NCBI GenBank assembly: GCA_045577635.1
Contig: JAZNIS010000101.1
Location: 1-61,199, forward strand
Direction of reading: 5' to 3'
Length of the DNA stretch: 61,199 bases
From: Clostridia bacterium
GTDB lineage: Bacteria; Bacillota; Clostridia; Christensenellales; UBA1242
A program made the position numbers and the translations under genes. Positions within the stretch are counted from its first letter, which is position 1; every line of letters starts with the position of its first letter. The notes under the pieces were generated by a model. It had not been told where the DNA came from, made no database searches, and worked only from the letters and a program-made list of their open reading frames with translations. Positions 40,401 through 46,500 of this stretch are shown in pieces.

Positions 40401-43258
40401 TTGTTGTAGAATCGTTAAGTTTAACTGACAACTCAAAAGGTAATAATTTCAGTGGTTTCGTAAATGAAAATACTGGCTTTATTAAGGATTGTTATTCAAC
40501 AACTTCTATTATTGATGACACTGTTGGTGGCACTGCTACATTTAGTAATTCAAAGGGTGGCATAACCGGTAAAGTTGCTGGCTTTGTAATTAAAAATAGT
40601 GGTGTAATTGAAACTTCATATTATGCAGGTACATTAGGACTAACTAAAATTTCTTCAAATGTATTTGCTAATGAAAACACATCAAGTGGAATTTTAAGAA
40701 ATTGTTATTACGATATTGAAGCAACCCCTGTAACATCGGGTGGTACAAACATTAATGGTAGCGATTTAGTAAATGCAACCGATAGTACTTCTGTAAGATT
40801 TTTAAGAACAGCCGATATTTTACTTGAAGATGGTACTGCGGGAGTTAGACAGTTCTATAACACTGCATTAAAAACAGCTAATATACCTTCTGCATTTAAA
40901 GTTACTTATTCAGATAATGATGCTGGTGTAATGTTTGGATATTCAGGAATTAAAGGTGGTATTCAATTACCAACAATGTTCTACATAACAACAAGCACAT
41001 CAGAAAACATTACTGCTTCATCCTATGCAGAAACAGTTTCTCACTCAATTAATAGTGATGGTGCATTTAAATCACTATCAACAACTACAAGTAATAAAAT
41101 GGCATATGGTGTTTTCCATATTGGTCAATTTAACAATTTAGGTACTTACCAAAAAGCAAATAAAGATTTCTTTATGATGACAAACTTAAACTTTGCAAAT
41201 GTTAACCATTCTGCAGGTAATCATGGTCAACTAGATAATATGATTAGCTTAAAGAAACATTTCTATGGTTTTGGTCATAAAATTGAAAACTTAAAAATTT
41301 CTTCTGGTAATGACTATATTGGTCTATTTGCAAAAGTAGAATCAACCGGTAAAGTTGAAAATTTAGTAATTAGTTCAACAACAGTTACTTCTTCATCAAC
41401 AAAAACAACTAGTGCAGCTGGTACAGTTGCTGGTGTTAATGATGGCGGTACCATTAACAAGATAACAATTAACACAACCACTTTAACTGGTTCAAGTGCT
41501 GGTCAAATTGGTGGTGCTGTTGGTAAAAATACAGGTGCTATTACATTTGTTAATGTTAATACTCCAACAATTACAGGTAAATTTAACCTTGGTGGTATTG
41601 TTGGTTCTGCAACAAATGGTTCAATTAAATTCTGTGAAATTGATAAGGTTACAGTAACGGGTACTGAAAACAATCTTGGTGGTGCTGTTGGCTCATCAAT
41701 TCCAGGTTCTGGTAGTGTGGTAAGCATTATCGGTGTAAAAGTTAAAGGTGATTCTAAAATCACAAATAGCAAAACAGTTGATTTAACATCAATTCGTTCA
41801 GGAATTTCTAATTCTTGGACAGAAAACATTTCTAATAAAGTTACAGCTTATAACGGAGAATCAAACTCACTTAACACAGGTGGTTTAGTTGGTCAAATGG
41901 CTAAAAACACAACTTTGGCAGCATCTAAAGTTGAAAAAGTAACTGTTAAAGCTGAAACAACTGCTGGTGGTTTGGTTGGTAGAAACGATTCTGGTGCAAC
42001 CATAACCTATAAAGATGGTAGTTATTTATATACAATTAGTTCGTTCACTGCGACCGATGCTTCAAAAATTGTTGTTGAAGGTAAATCTAACCTAGGTGGT
42101 TTGGTAGGGTTAAATAAAGGTACAATTACTGGTGCATCAGGAAAAACATCTGTTTATGCAAAAGTTGGTACTTCAAGAACATCTGATATGTATGACTCTG
42201 CTATTGGTGGTGTTGCCGGTTCTAACTGGAGTGGCTCAATTTCTAATATTGCAGTTACATCTTCAACACTTTATGGTTCAAGGTTGGTGGGTGGTATTGT
42301 TGGTTATGTTTCTGGTGGTACTGTAACACATAACACATTCAATTCTTCAACTATTAACTATCAAAGTGAATATGATATGGATGAAGATATTGGTTATATG
42401 GGTGAAAGCCTTAAATTAGGTATCGGTTCAAGTGGTGCTTCATGGTCTAACAATAACTTTAATAGCTACTTTGGTTTAGGTGGAAAAAGTGGAACATCAA
42501 TATTTGATGGTTTGTCAGGTAGTGCAGATTTCGTTATTGAATATGGTGGAATTGAAACTAAACTTGGTTCAAACACAAGTATTAGAGGTAAACAAGCATT
42601 TAGCTTCTATGTTGCTTTCATTTTAGGAGCAAATGTGGGTGGAACTCATAGTGATACAAACACTTCAACATCTTCATCAATTAAAGGTATTTATGATACA
42701 TATCACAACTATGTTGTTGATATGACAGACCATAAAGATGCTGGTCAAAACCACTCTAGATTAAATAGATGGATTGATAAATATAAGAGAACTTTTGATA
42801 TTCCATCAACATCTACTCAATTTAATATTGGTAATAGTTCATATAAAAAGTACACATCAACATTTAATGATTATAATGGTGATACATATATGTATGGTTA
42901 TTATCTTGATAGCGAAACTGCAAAAGCAGCTAAAGCAGGTCAAGACACATTAAAATACTTATATGAAACAACTTATCAAACAATTTGGAATTCATATTAT
43001 AATTATTATATTAACAACTACTACAACACATCTGCGGCAACAGATTATGCAAACACAAATGCAAACAAAACACCATGTAAAAAATTAAAAGATGCATCAT
43101 ATCCGGGCATGACATGGAGTAGTTCTGTATATGTTGAAAGAGTAAAATCTCTTGGTGAAAAAACCTATTATGGTAAAGACGAATGGTTTGCAGAATTGCC
43201 TTGGGGAATGTGGAAAAATGTAGGATTTGAAGATATGAATCATGGTGGAAATAACTAA
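25430..43258 (+). CDS. Giant (5,942 aa) lipoprotein-anchored surface protein: Ig-like (Big_2-like) domains plus about six beta-helix modules rich in GLUG-type GG[ILV][VA]G turns; adhesin-like, function unknown
   Basis: One uninterrupted ORF in the supplied track. I move the start to ATG 25430 (GGAGA at 25419-25423). MVKKLSAILLALFGSIFIMFGC has its lipobox Cys codon at 25493-25495. A Big_2-like segment ITSSNPNIVSVQGGNLIKTNGVGRVTLTVAS lies at ~31510-31600. There are dozens of turns such as NVGGIAGVNFGRIKNSSVSG, NIGGVAGYAHSTVFDN, NIGGIIGRAEHSVITNS and NLGGIVGSATNGSIKF. Module-entry motifs include LDGNGHVIKI (34058-) and LDGNGMEMKG (35654-). I saw no LPXTG or other C-terminal anchor. Confidence 0.9.
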   Translation: MVKKLSAILLALFGSIFIMFGCGDPYKDLKLTVSASEIILYLNEVNSEVTEPETPTEPEPGSAQGVTDEEIAATYPSEASFTVKLSGVGKGISDSVNLVQYAYNGVESIVNIEHIEGSAGSDDGSRYKITAAKPGNGILIVTSAEGGRREEIKISVKIPVKNIVFNDKAKAVRYLGNINLYNFLVYNPAKNDQNDMTFYIDDSTGVDIVTNGTGIIETSYAKIENGILTSKESEFYPVDVDGTRYVKVYGVSNYNSKIVTQTIYLPVIEVIDESSIVVTANMENGPLDVAKINNNYEIILGHNYPDNPFIYAREVIIKLNEEYTVDQKYVIKTNYSSVVTRSSVFQLDGDSVSSEESRYSYAGVKEGYPFKKFTFSQINTGADYLEVYIDRRGYEGLFTITLRFKITVKDFATTLSATDEEGKNIIDKGITIYNAYGGSSLGSSIVVGLSPNPTNDYRIGLSLADVPASVGSGLTGVKMTLISGNEVYSGQTVDNNTTLYLKHVYEHTQITEILSSGISPILYITYTFTLSPTNSSEGYEGYMLVAGIPLNFEAGVTDITVPTGGESIKINAVTGMAVGAEGGAGGGAEPEPAAVLKGTKNSYTNGLYEEEPGAEPGGEPGGEPGEPEEPEEPTEPEEPAYEIVLVTIEDQPADLAKLIKSVKAISVNGEPTDYNLIDGSYENPYFDIVFKQGLIIDQYNRLVIEPKLQEEQGTITIEVKTNNHITKTIIVEVFVPIIYTTASAEGVNVEIYNENSVGSFIYDTEKTDYRVVQNEGLTVVAESELTEEEKLANPVKYTTLNKLTLSVNSTIGFNVYNYILLNDMAGNPQITRVNYNSNVTISSYRPYYTVENKIIDGIKIPFITTGKLKTEETPLELEIKIVGYDNEGVEVSLVKVIELTIIEPVTTVRITPVSETVYTSNSLGALKIDGSKLQYQLTVYPANASSYDGTVIKYSYRNDILYTLTSDRSGISYYIRVEHFINLNQTTGELQAVVNTASITDVLQAYRTDSLKTIDQDEIIKAIFENNVVVTIYGTLKQYNKPELSDSTTVTLRNAIKVDKIIPSVDKNGVYFDLRKIDADYEGYEISFNALPYEAHNKTLIVSIANESVVTIVSGIDKNNRITDGKIVIKPGHSAGRTYIRIAAEDSYELNQNGAPVPGSYLDISIRVADGTKEFPFEIKNAEEFMEIGEDIAAGYDSYYYVLTQTFSISAYEFAPFNRFHGGLSGVFSYEMAGIIYEQQNTLYGLTFNKEVEPEDGNIYSYALFKELSATAEIEGLILTDVNYELKISNPDFEEEINVGGIAGVNFGRIKNSSVSGVFNISADVKNINIGGIVGKNLAEFFMDFIDTDEIIIYSAGVITDDGKQESNFTNNTENANVQINFVGSSAVTDATVNIGGVVGSVETYAAAFAPGDGYEVGSNYAYPEFPIEGGVSVYHLYDFIEELNPTISNLVVASSIVSIDETASLYKANIGGVAGYAHSTVFDNIVSTSVLRGHSNIGGIIGRAEHSVITNSAVEFGNQGQVGEKSIAISGYTNVGGFVGHGTNVNIMFSYARAYFNNRPVDNVNYFGNIALVENATVTTKNVGGFIGYLDSEEVSSQWFTLGIPGYSLDTLISPTEDIMDFVYNLSANAIVKSYFNADINVGYTPLSGTVNVGGFVGAISSTGQVSGVDPVHITNSYVYGNICQAEPTVYEFVNKAEIDPADFTNIGTFTTFVVGDLPELQENYYNFNLTSVLESGNKLIEITINYTNEIISEGEGVDAIQYQIQNYRIKVHPNKGKLIGNQEYQLSSAVVDVIDTIIDGVETTTIQTSTSILQAKLPVDVKLENVYFAIGEEKGIIETAQNTTFIDVCDIVSNETIIQNTSALRNEKNNTITYGYKDLNNINSYANFGNVIEASLDNVEFYPNKVWVKCDELNSGYPVLFARKHDNGEILFKVLPTEIRINVADNSLLDFTNLSYVQDGENIVLFYNKLISGRSYNYVNYYKLVTAGEPDLTTEPVTALEVNLDIVDLYSKYGIVANYDKNMVITSSNPNIVSVQGGNLIKTNGVGRVTLTVASRLDVSIYDTIEILVVEGLSDFALYKTKNLTINRNKLVTINKADIVDESSPSAYSGAITQVIDKTSNYALDTVNEDGLTLTDCNGVYARNTNLGVMMEVSSVGNGEATLNGASIEKGTTYLFRSISDFSFRGTYKGLLYITVTPFIVTNDANFGTTLSQTTSKPMSIDNCILINQLSKTYKFNVVPKAESIEVIDKSKANLDPTKHVDVTISTITSDFVKSGESYSVNETINATITDLTTGKNVGAFVLDMATQGTNTSFVTVELLEEYVLPTSDVLKIEYIKKLRLRFDAEKYKNRTSGVTFNLKDIRYRFDFYPTSNTNIVAVFNLDVVPRLTTNIETAYYPNSEISSTGGFYPQESESEYIVPSRAGLLKIELQPDFNNTEYVEVTVDDEMKKYVSFTQQLAIMASDENSYVTGYRTTLKQAESLPNFSGVRLRNESVMVNGTSIYYTGNYYLQVFLSEKAPINSKVSFTITGYRTGDGEAIITKSTILTLTVQPLPSITLTYKGAQEGLIAKGTVAELEVVASNFEGEIQLVSSCLSGDVQNISQPIYDSEKDKWYVEIGINAEAGDTAIIRATASRYLNGVLEERTSTVKLFIVEYIIEGARLEGSTYVNGGYQFEVLNGTQTPLNVVFDVTKGEGNEAVDSLLTNLQQLASGKTKPLGVDSYINNWWQVENGVFTNALYSNALYGNYRFVDTNKADLTKSHFFALESIVVSRNNIIGYRMQYFYNEIGVPTLFIGDSYGNQVYELEFTFTFVIKDNSTYDHPNPIKNVTEFMALGGLTVKGEQTEMGAVTEGHYILIVDLVLDDYYPFAAQFDTLDGNGHVIKINSINTEKYKQGGTVNVGLFETVSEKTVLKNITIDISPMLVTTQMANNALNGIEGSTSYIDLSGIESFNFGFVTAENNGSITNAKVINSKPTVMLDNAPKHVLINSTIGYLNEGLVDANIGGIAAINNGTISNSYVGLNAANYTNGVSSTEYRSNSDAGFTEFQTYPFNITAGKSVAALVNTNTGIVANNYVLGVGVINTATIMEGAKTAGFVVSNTSTGIIFNGMVEGLETNNYRASETVYIEGKGYIGGFIYTNAGKISNAYSNIYITTNSGGSGGFVYINETGGQIINAYSTVSSANQSLAHGQFTGINDKDEYNNNGELTSCYYLVLEGEVENANEPATGILGKKIVGDGAVDPDEEENNDNPFRDTGSFNGFNFASGNDTNNIWQISQTSLHLGPRLISASGMKTFSHRVLMHTTVDENTQETVYNYMYDSDCFYGSNLNPLLVNTADEFVRFIINNSKSITLDGKTITVFGITTQTNTATNMPYYVRLINDLDFSSITLNNYYVDSKLLSEVTFAGVLDGNGMEMKGVRLVDQNQSSDHENYGLFYQVGLKPEQVADPNFGSNNTVTSAIMNVNMTIKGVDAGRAYKVGTIAGSVYDSALINITINGDNVAGNGENKNAFVRGRNVVGGIAGLIKNSQDKLITNITINNVSATAAYSSANITDVTMVDSYGKPYNTAGGYINFSSYFKGGALATLSYAGAVAGIVDNNNRRAEDYGANIKTSLNGSESIRLDGNTVKYPSGEGTESTAAGESITAVEEINIHRTKPANNIVSKIIVQNGGYISAEHAGGIFGYVGEHTHVKNSKYLLGEIKTKSSNATVFRQEIVGQNYAGALVGENYGMLEQVSVEYVSDYFDDVEAAFGTGATVNGEVKELFGNSPVVAIGGIAGFSAGSIILDSYCNADVVNPKAKIAGGLVGLTAGSNYFSHVIVTGNVYASYRVGGLIGVYDSLYVHDFNKNLQEPANQDYNGNGTKGEASVYKPGRLLLDYTFALNEWSGDIETLLYENLKLYYLNTTTGSDYYSFETRFPEVGNQLMKNETSLKYNTAYAGSLIGFVNTGTTAANYTTTPYDDFHSVSTINNVVSKARRTQVVNNGGGSTYLFSTVISTTLNNAKITTNEKIHGYMTGTNSVVADNEDYIQTVSGATGEAGIGDKLDFVNGIGNQFKIDVVLGTTKSNATMFNMFIWDTLTMSSSDSASLAKAGSQVWRLGEKFPEYIIGIYSNYNKMASAEDIYNSIIKSNDTRNQFYLLENGTYTIGEDIVGKGSFSNVFRNVFEGTIIGVVSEGKNPRIVLEVRPGDKLTTFFNELNTASIMNVDFEIVYKTTPGNTQKLELSNIDGLTTQTKYNGFFAKYVNSSVLSNVNFYFNIKTDTDIIYDSDGGVGYEAVGLMVGYLKDSTMQGVNVLVNKMVAADEPDMKTTLALKKYNHTTNTSTQTVSFGGLVGYASKSTLNKVGIYSYNNTIISVYSNDSTINFGNIVANANNVDLSDINLENGNILGDTALIKTTNNNIYEVAYTKSAGSVNYGGLVGYATNSAISTSYFMGDIAYGQSYTLHTKLNFGGVLGYGSNTAIEHTNVNEFMQLTSSDGIKRSLIQKAIWNAALAKDVYVNHEFKIKNGDSTKTTTSLTTNVGAILGYGVNLSIKGSSTTGLNVSSNTDIVVEGPSTVLSVGGVIGYIKNNETVVVAKVANTGKVKVTTTTAATSTAVTVGGMVGRAIGGTYTMLYNLGDVTVKTENTYSVGAILGVSETNSSQSVLKLSKFVNYADVYYDGESVPKASSNRFIGGVAGSIVNSGSQFEGGYTLARVYWMKNGSTRDENSQFPINNKDNGGVNGIGFVGSISESTFNRVFFVYDFLPYSTYSNSSAQTFGAKTIVTTSTSTTDRIFGGIEYVELVQVLNKHLGGYFDTDTSATEFVTEKTGGTTEVTKLNLPHSFKNSTNIEASMFSALELIKQTNDITYPNSARKLNPKKITTAAETHEISADGYYIMSASAVNGKTVKLESGTSFKGLLTCKRSETDYPVIMLTGITNNYGCISNFAVRYVNNVTYVNEKGVLLQNNYGNISNCVTYGFIDVSSLTLTKDVATFVYNNHGNILQSGSAVLFVVESLSLTDNSKGNNFSGFVNENTGFIKDCYSTTSIIDDTVGGTATFSNSKGGITGKVAGFVIKNSGVIETSYYAGTLGLTKISSNVFANENTSSGILRNCYYDIEATPVTSGGTNINGSDLVNATDSTSVRFLRTADILLEDGTAGVRQFYNTALKTANIPSAFKVTYSDNDAGVMFGYSGIKGGIQLPTMFYITTSTSENITASSYAETVSHSINSDGAFKSLSTTTSNKMAYGVFHIGQFNNLGTYQKANKDFFMMTNLNFANVNHSAGNHGQLDNMISLKKHFYGFGHKIENLKISSGNDYIGLFAKVESTGKVENLVISSTTVTSSSTKTTSAAGTVAGVNDGGTINKITINTTTLTGSSAGQIGGAVGKNTGAITFVNVNTPTITGKFNLGGIVGSATNGSIKFCEIDKVTVTGTENNLGGAVGSSIPGSGSVVSIIGVKVKGDSKITNSKTVDLTSIRSGISNSWTENISNKVTAYNGESNSLNTGGLVGQMAKNTTLAASKVEKVTVKAETTAGGLVGRNDSGATITYKDGSYLYTISSFTATDASKIVVEGKSNLGGLVGLNKGTITGASGKTSVYAKVGTSRTSDMYDSAIGGVAGSNWSGSISNIAVTSSTLYGSRLVGGIVGYVSGGTVTHNTFNSSTINYQSEYDMDEDIGYMGESLKLGIGSSGASWSNNNFNSYFGLGGKSGTSIFDGLSGSADFVIEYGGIETKLGSNTSIRGKQAFSFYVAFILGANVGGTHSDTNTSTSSSIKGIYDTYHNYVVDMTDHKDAGQNHSRLNRWIDKYKRTFDIPSTSTQFNIGNSSYKKYTSTFNDYNGDTYMYGYYLDSETAKAAKAGQDTLKYLYETTYQTIWNSYYNYYINNYYNTSAATDYANTNANKTPCKKLKDASYPGMTWSSSVYVERVKSLGEKTYYGKDEWFAELPWGMWKNVGFEDMNHGGNN
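27161..27349 (+). other. Low-complexity Gly/Ala then Pro/Glu linker coding segment inside giant gene 1 (local GC-rich island)
   Basis: Encodes VGAEGGAGGGAEPEPAAVLKGTKNSYTNGLYEEEPGAEPGGEPGGEPGEPEEPEEPTEPEEPA. The DNA is visibly richer in G+C than its flanks. Confidence 0.8.
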
Positions 43259-43274
43259 AAATTATTGCCAAAAT

Positions 43275-43312
43275 AAAAAACAATGCAAAGTAAAATTTGC
43301 ATTGTTTTTTTT
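43275..43312 (+). terminator. Strong rho-independent terminator after giant gene 1
   Basis: AAAAACAATGCAAA (43276-43289) pairs with TTTGCATTGTTTTT (43296-43309) around the loop GTAAAA, followed by a T-run. Confidence 0.85.
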
Positions 43313-43444
43313 GTTTACTTTAATAAAAAAATAATAAAATTTTTGATTAAAAACGGATAAATTTTTAGTTAAAATTTCATAGTTTTTTTAGGTTAAAATT
43401 TGCCCTTATTTAACCCATAAATTTTAGTAAGTTATGCTATTTGT

Positions 43445-43473
43445 TTGACTAATAGTATAAATATATTTATACT
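43445..43473 (+). promoter_or_regulatory. Near-consensus sigma-A promoter of giant gene 2 (TTGACT-17 nt-TATACT)
   Basis: TTGACT at 43445-43450, 17-nt spacer, TATACT at 43468-43473. RBS GAGGAAG at 43563-43569. ATG at 43576. Confidence 0.65.
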
Positions 43474-43474
43474 A
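43453..43474. promoter_or_regulatory. Perfect 22-bp palindrome over the spacer and -10 element of the giant gene 2 promoter; candidate operator
   Basis: TAGTATAAATATATTTATACTA equals its own reverse complement. I checked this base by base; the next flanking pair (43452/43475) breaks the symmetry. Confidence 0.5.
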
Positions 43475-43575
43475 CAAGTAGGCCTAAATATATTATTAAT
43501 ATAAAATATATATAAGAAGTAATATTTTTATAGGATTTTCAAAAACTAATATTGAATTTTTTGAGGAAGAAATTT

Positions 43576-46500
43576 ATGATCAACTTACGAAAAAAATTAA
43601 TCGCAATTTGCTTAATGCTTTTTAGTACTGTAATGTTAATTTACGGGTGCGATAAAAACGAATATAAAAATTTAACATTAGAAGTTTCTAGTTCGGAAAT
43701 TGAAATTATTTTAAACGAAGATTCTCCGGAAAGTAACTTGTTTCCAATAACTGCAAAGGTTTCAGGAATGCCTAAGGGGTATAACGGTGCAGTTTCTTTT
43801 AGTGTACCTGTTAACAACGGAGTTATTGAAGCAGTTAAAGCAAATCCAGATGTAAATGGTGACGGCGAAAGTATTGGTATTTTTGAAGCTAAAAAACAAG
43901 GTGGTCCTGTAATTATTACAGTAACCACACTTGAAGGTAATCTATCAAAAAATATTACAGTTACTGTTGTAAAACCTGTTTCTGAAATTATTTTTAACAC
44001 TTTAAATATTCCAGTTGTAAAAGGTGTTAAAACTGATATTTCTAAATTTTACACCATTAAACCTGATGGAACATTGCAAGATGATGTTAATTTAGAGCTT
44101 GTTCCACTTAATGGTGGCGAAAGTGAAATTATTAAAGTAGAAACCGACGGTAAATATTTAACAGTTCCTACTGATGTTAATTTAACTGAATTCCAACTTC
44201 GTGTTCGTTCAGCAATTGATAGTGAAATTATTACATCTTCTTTGGCAACAGTTAAAGTTATTAATGTTTTACCAACAGATTTAATTACTTTAATTCATGA
44301 TAATAACACTCCAACAATTGACGAAGACGATTTAGCTTTACCTAAAAATGCAAAAGGTGAATATGAATTAGTTTTAGCAACAAACACAGGAAATCTTTTC
44401 TCAAAAACTTTATTCTTTGATTTTAATGCTGACCCTAACGAAAATAATAATTACATAGTTAGTGTTAAAGGCAGAACAAACAGTGGTTCAATTATTGATG
44501 AGGATGGACTAGAAAACCGTTTTGTTGAAATTGATAACCATGTAAGCATTAGAAATGGTTTTGAAATTAAAGCAAGGGGTAATGGTAACACAAAAATAAC
44601 TTTTGTTATTGACCGTGCTGATTTCCCAGGATACTTTACACAAACCATAACATTAAATGTTTCTGTACAAGCATATCCAACAAAAATTGAAGTAAACAAT
44701 TCTGTAAACGAAACAAAATTAGATGTTCTTAAACTTTTTGTTAACTATGATGTTGAAACATTTGGAACACCATTTAGAGTTGTTGTAAGTAATGAAACAG
44801 GTCCAATGCTTGACCAAAAAGTTATTGCAAACTTAACAAGTGGTGAAGAAAATATTTCTTTATATGATGCTAACAAAACTCTTATTGAGTGGGGAAGTGA
44901 AATATTTGCTGGTGCAAAATATTATTTAAAACATAATTTCACTGAAAATCCAACCGAATCAATTTCTTTAACTTTGGTTAGCACAACTTATAATAAAATT
45001 TTCTTAAATTTACCTATCACAGTTGAAACACAACCAATTAATTTAACAACAACTTCTCCGGAAGTTTTCCTAGATATTACAAAACCAGAAGTAAAAACAG
45101 CATTAGTTATTAATGGTTTAACAGGAACAATTAATTACAGTCGTGATTTAGAAATTGTTGAATTAAGTAATTGTGATATTATTAATTACGAAGCAAGTGC
45201 AACACAAATTACCGTATGGCCAAAATCAGATATTATTGGTGTTTGTTCTTTAAAAGTTGTAGCAAACAACGGTAGTTCAGTAAGCTTTATTATTACTTTA
45301 TACGAACAATTAATTACAGGCGAAACAAGTGTTTCTATTGCAGGTGAAGTTATTGCGGCAAAAGAAGCAGTTGGTGGAACATATCCTGAAGTTAATATTA
45401 AAAACGGATTAAATATTCCAATTTACTTTACAATTAATGGTAGAAATTACACATCTTTAGATGAAACAGGTTTAATTTACCATTCATCTTCTTCAAACAG
45501 TCAAGTTGTTCAATCAACAGAAATGAATTATTCATTACAAACCAAAAATATGTCAGGTTCTGCACACATTGAACTTCAAATTATTGGTTTTGATGAATAT
45601 GGTGAACAAGTTAAAGCTGTTTACTTTGAAATTTTAATTAATGTTTCTGTTCCTTTAACAACATTAACATCTGATTCTCCACAAGAAATAATTTATGATA
45701 TAAACTCATTAAGTTCAAGCCAAATTTCTGAATATGGTATTTACACAATTGAACTATCAAGTTCACCATTTAATGCAAATTTTGGTATAAATGATTTAAC
45801 TTGGAGTTGTGAATATAATGGTGGTCAATTAAGAGCTCAAAAAACAGTTAGGGAAGATAGAAACACAATTGACTATACATTTAGAACTTCTAACTATGAT
45901 GTTATTACTTTAACAACAACAAAAACAAACTTTAAAGTTGCTGAAGTAAAATGTCAAATTGCTAGTTCAACAACTTCTGTAATAACATTTAATATTGTTG
46001 CAAAAGTTGATCAACAATTCAAAAATGAAAATGGTTTAATTATTTCAGATCCAAAATCAGCAAAAGTTAGATTTATTGTTTATAAAGCTGAAAAAGTAAG
46101 TGATTTTGTATTTGAAAATGTTGCAAGTAAAGGAACAAAAGCCAACCCTATATATCAACTAACTTATGATGAAAGGGATTTGGAATTTAATGGTTCTATT
46201 TATACAAACGAAGCTAATTGCATTAAAACAGTATATTTTAATGTGTATCCTGTAACTGCTTTAAACAAAGATTTAGGTGTTTTATCAAGTAGTGGTGTTG
46301 TTAGTGCAACAGTTAATAATGTATTAAAATCAATTACAATTACACTACTTTCAAAACCTGCTAGTACAGATGTTATTAAACTTACTGTTTATCCGTTAGA
46401 TGATGTTAACGGCACTGATATTGGTAAACACAAAATTATCCAAATCAGGGTTTTAGATGGCAGAAGCGAAAGAACAGCTTTTGAAATTAAAAATGAAACC

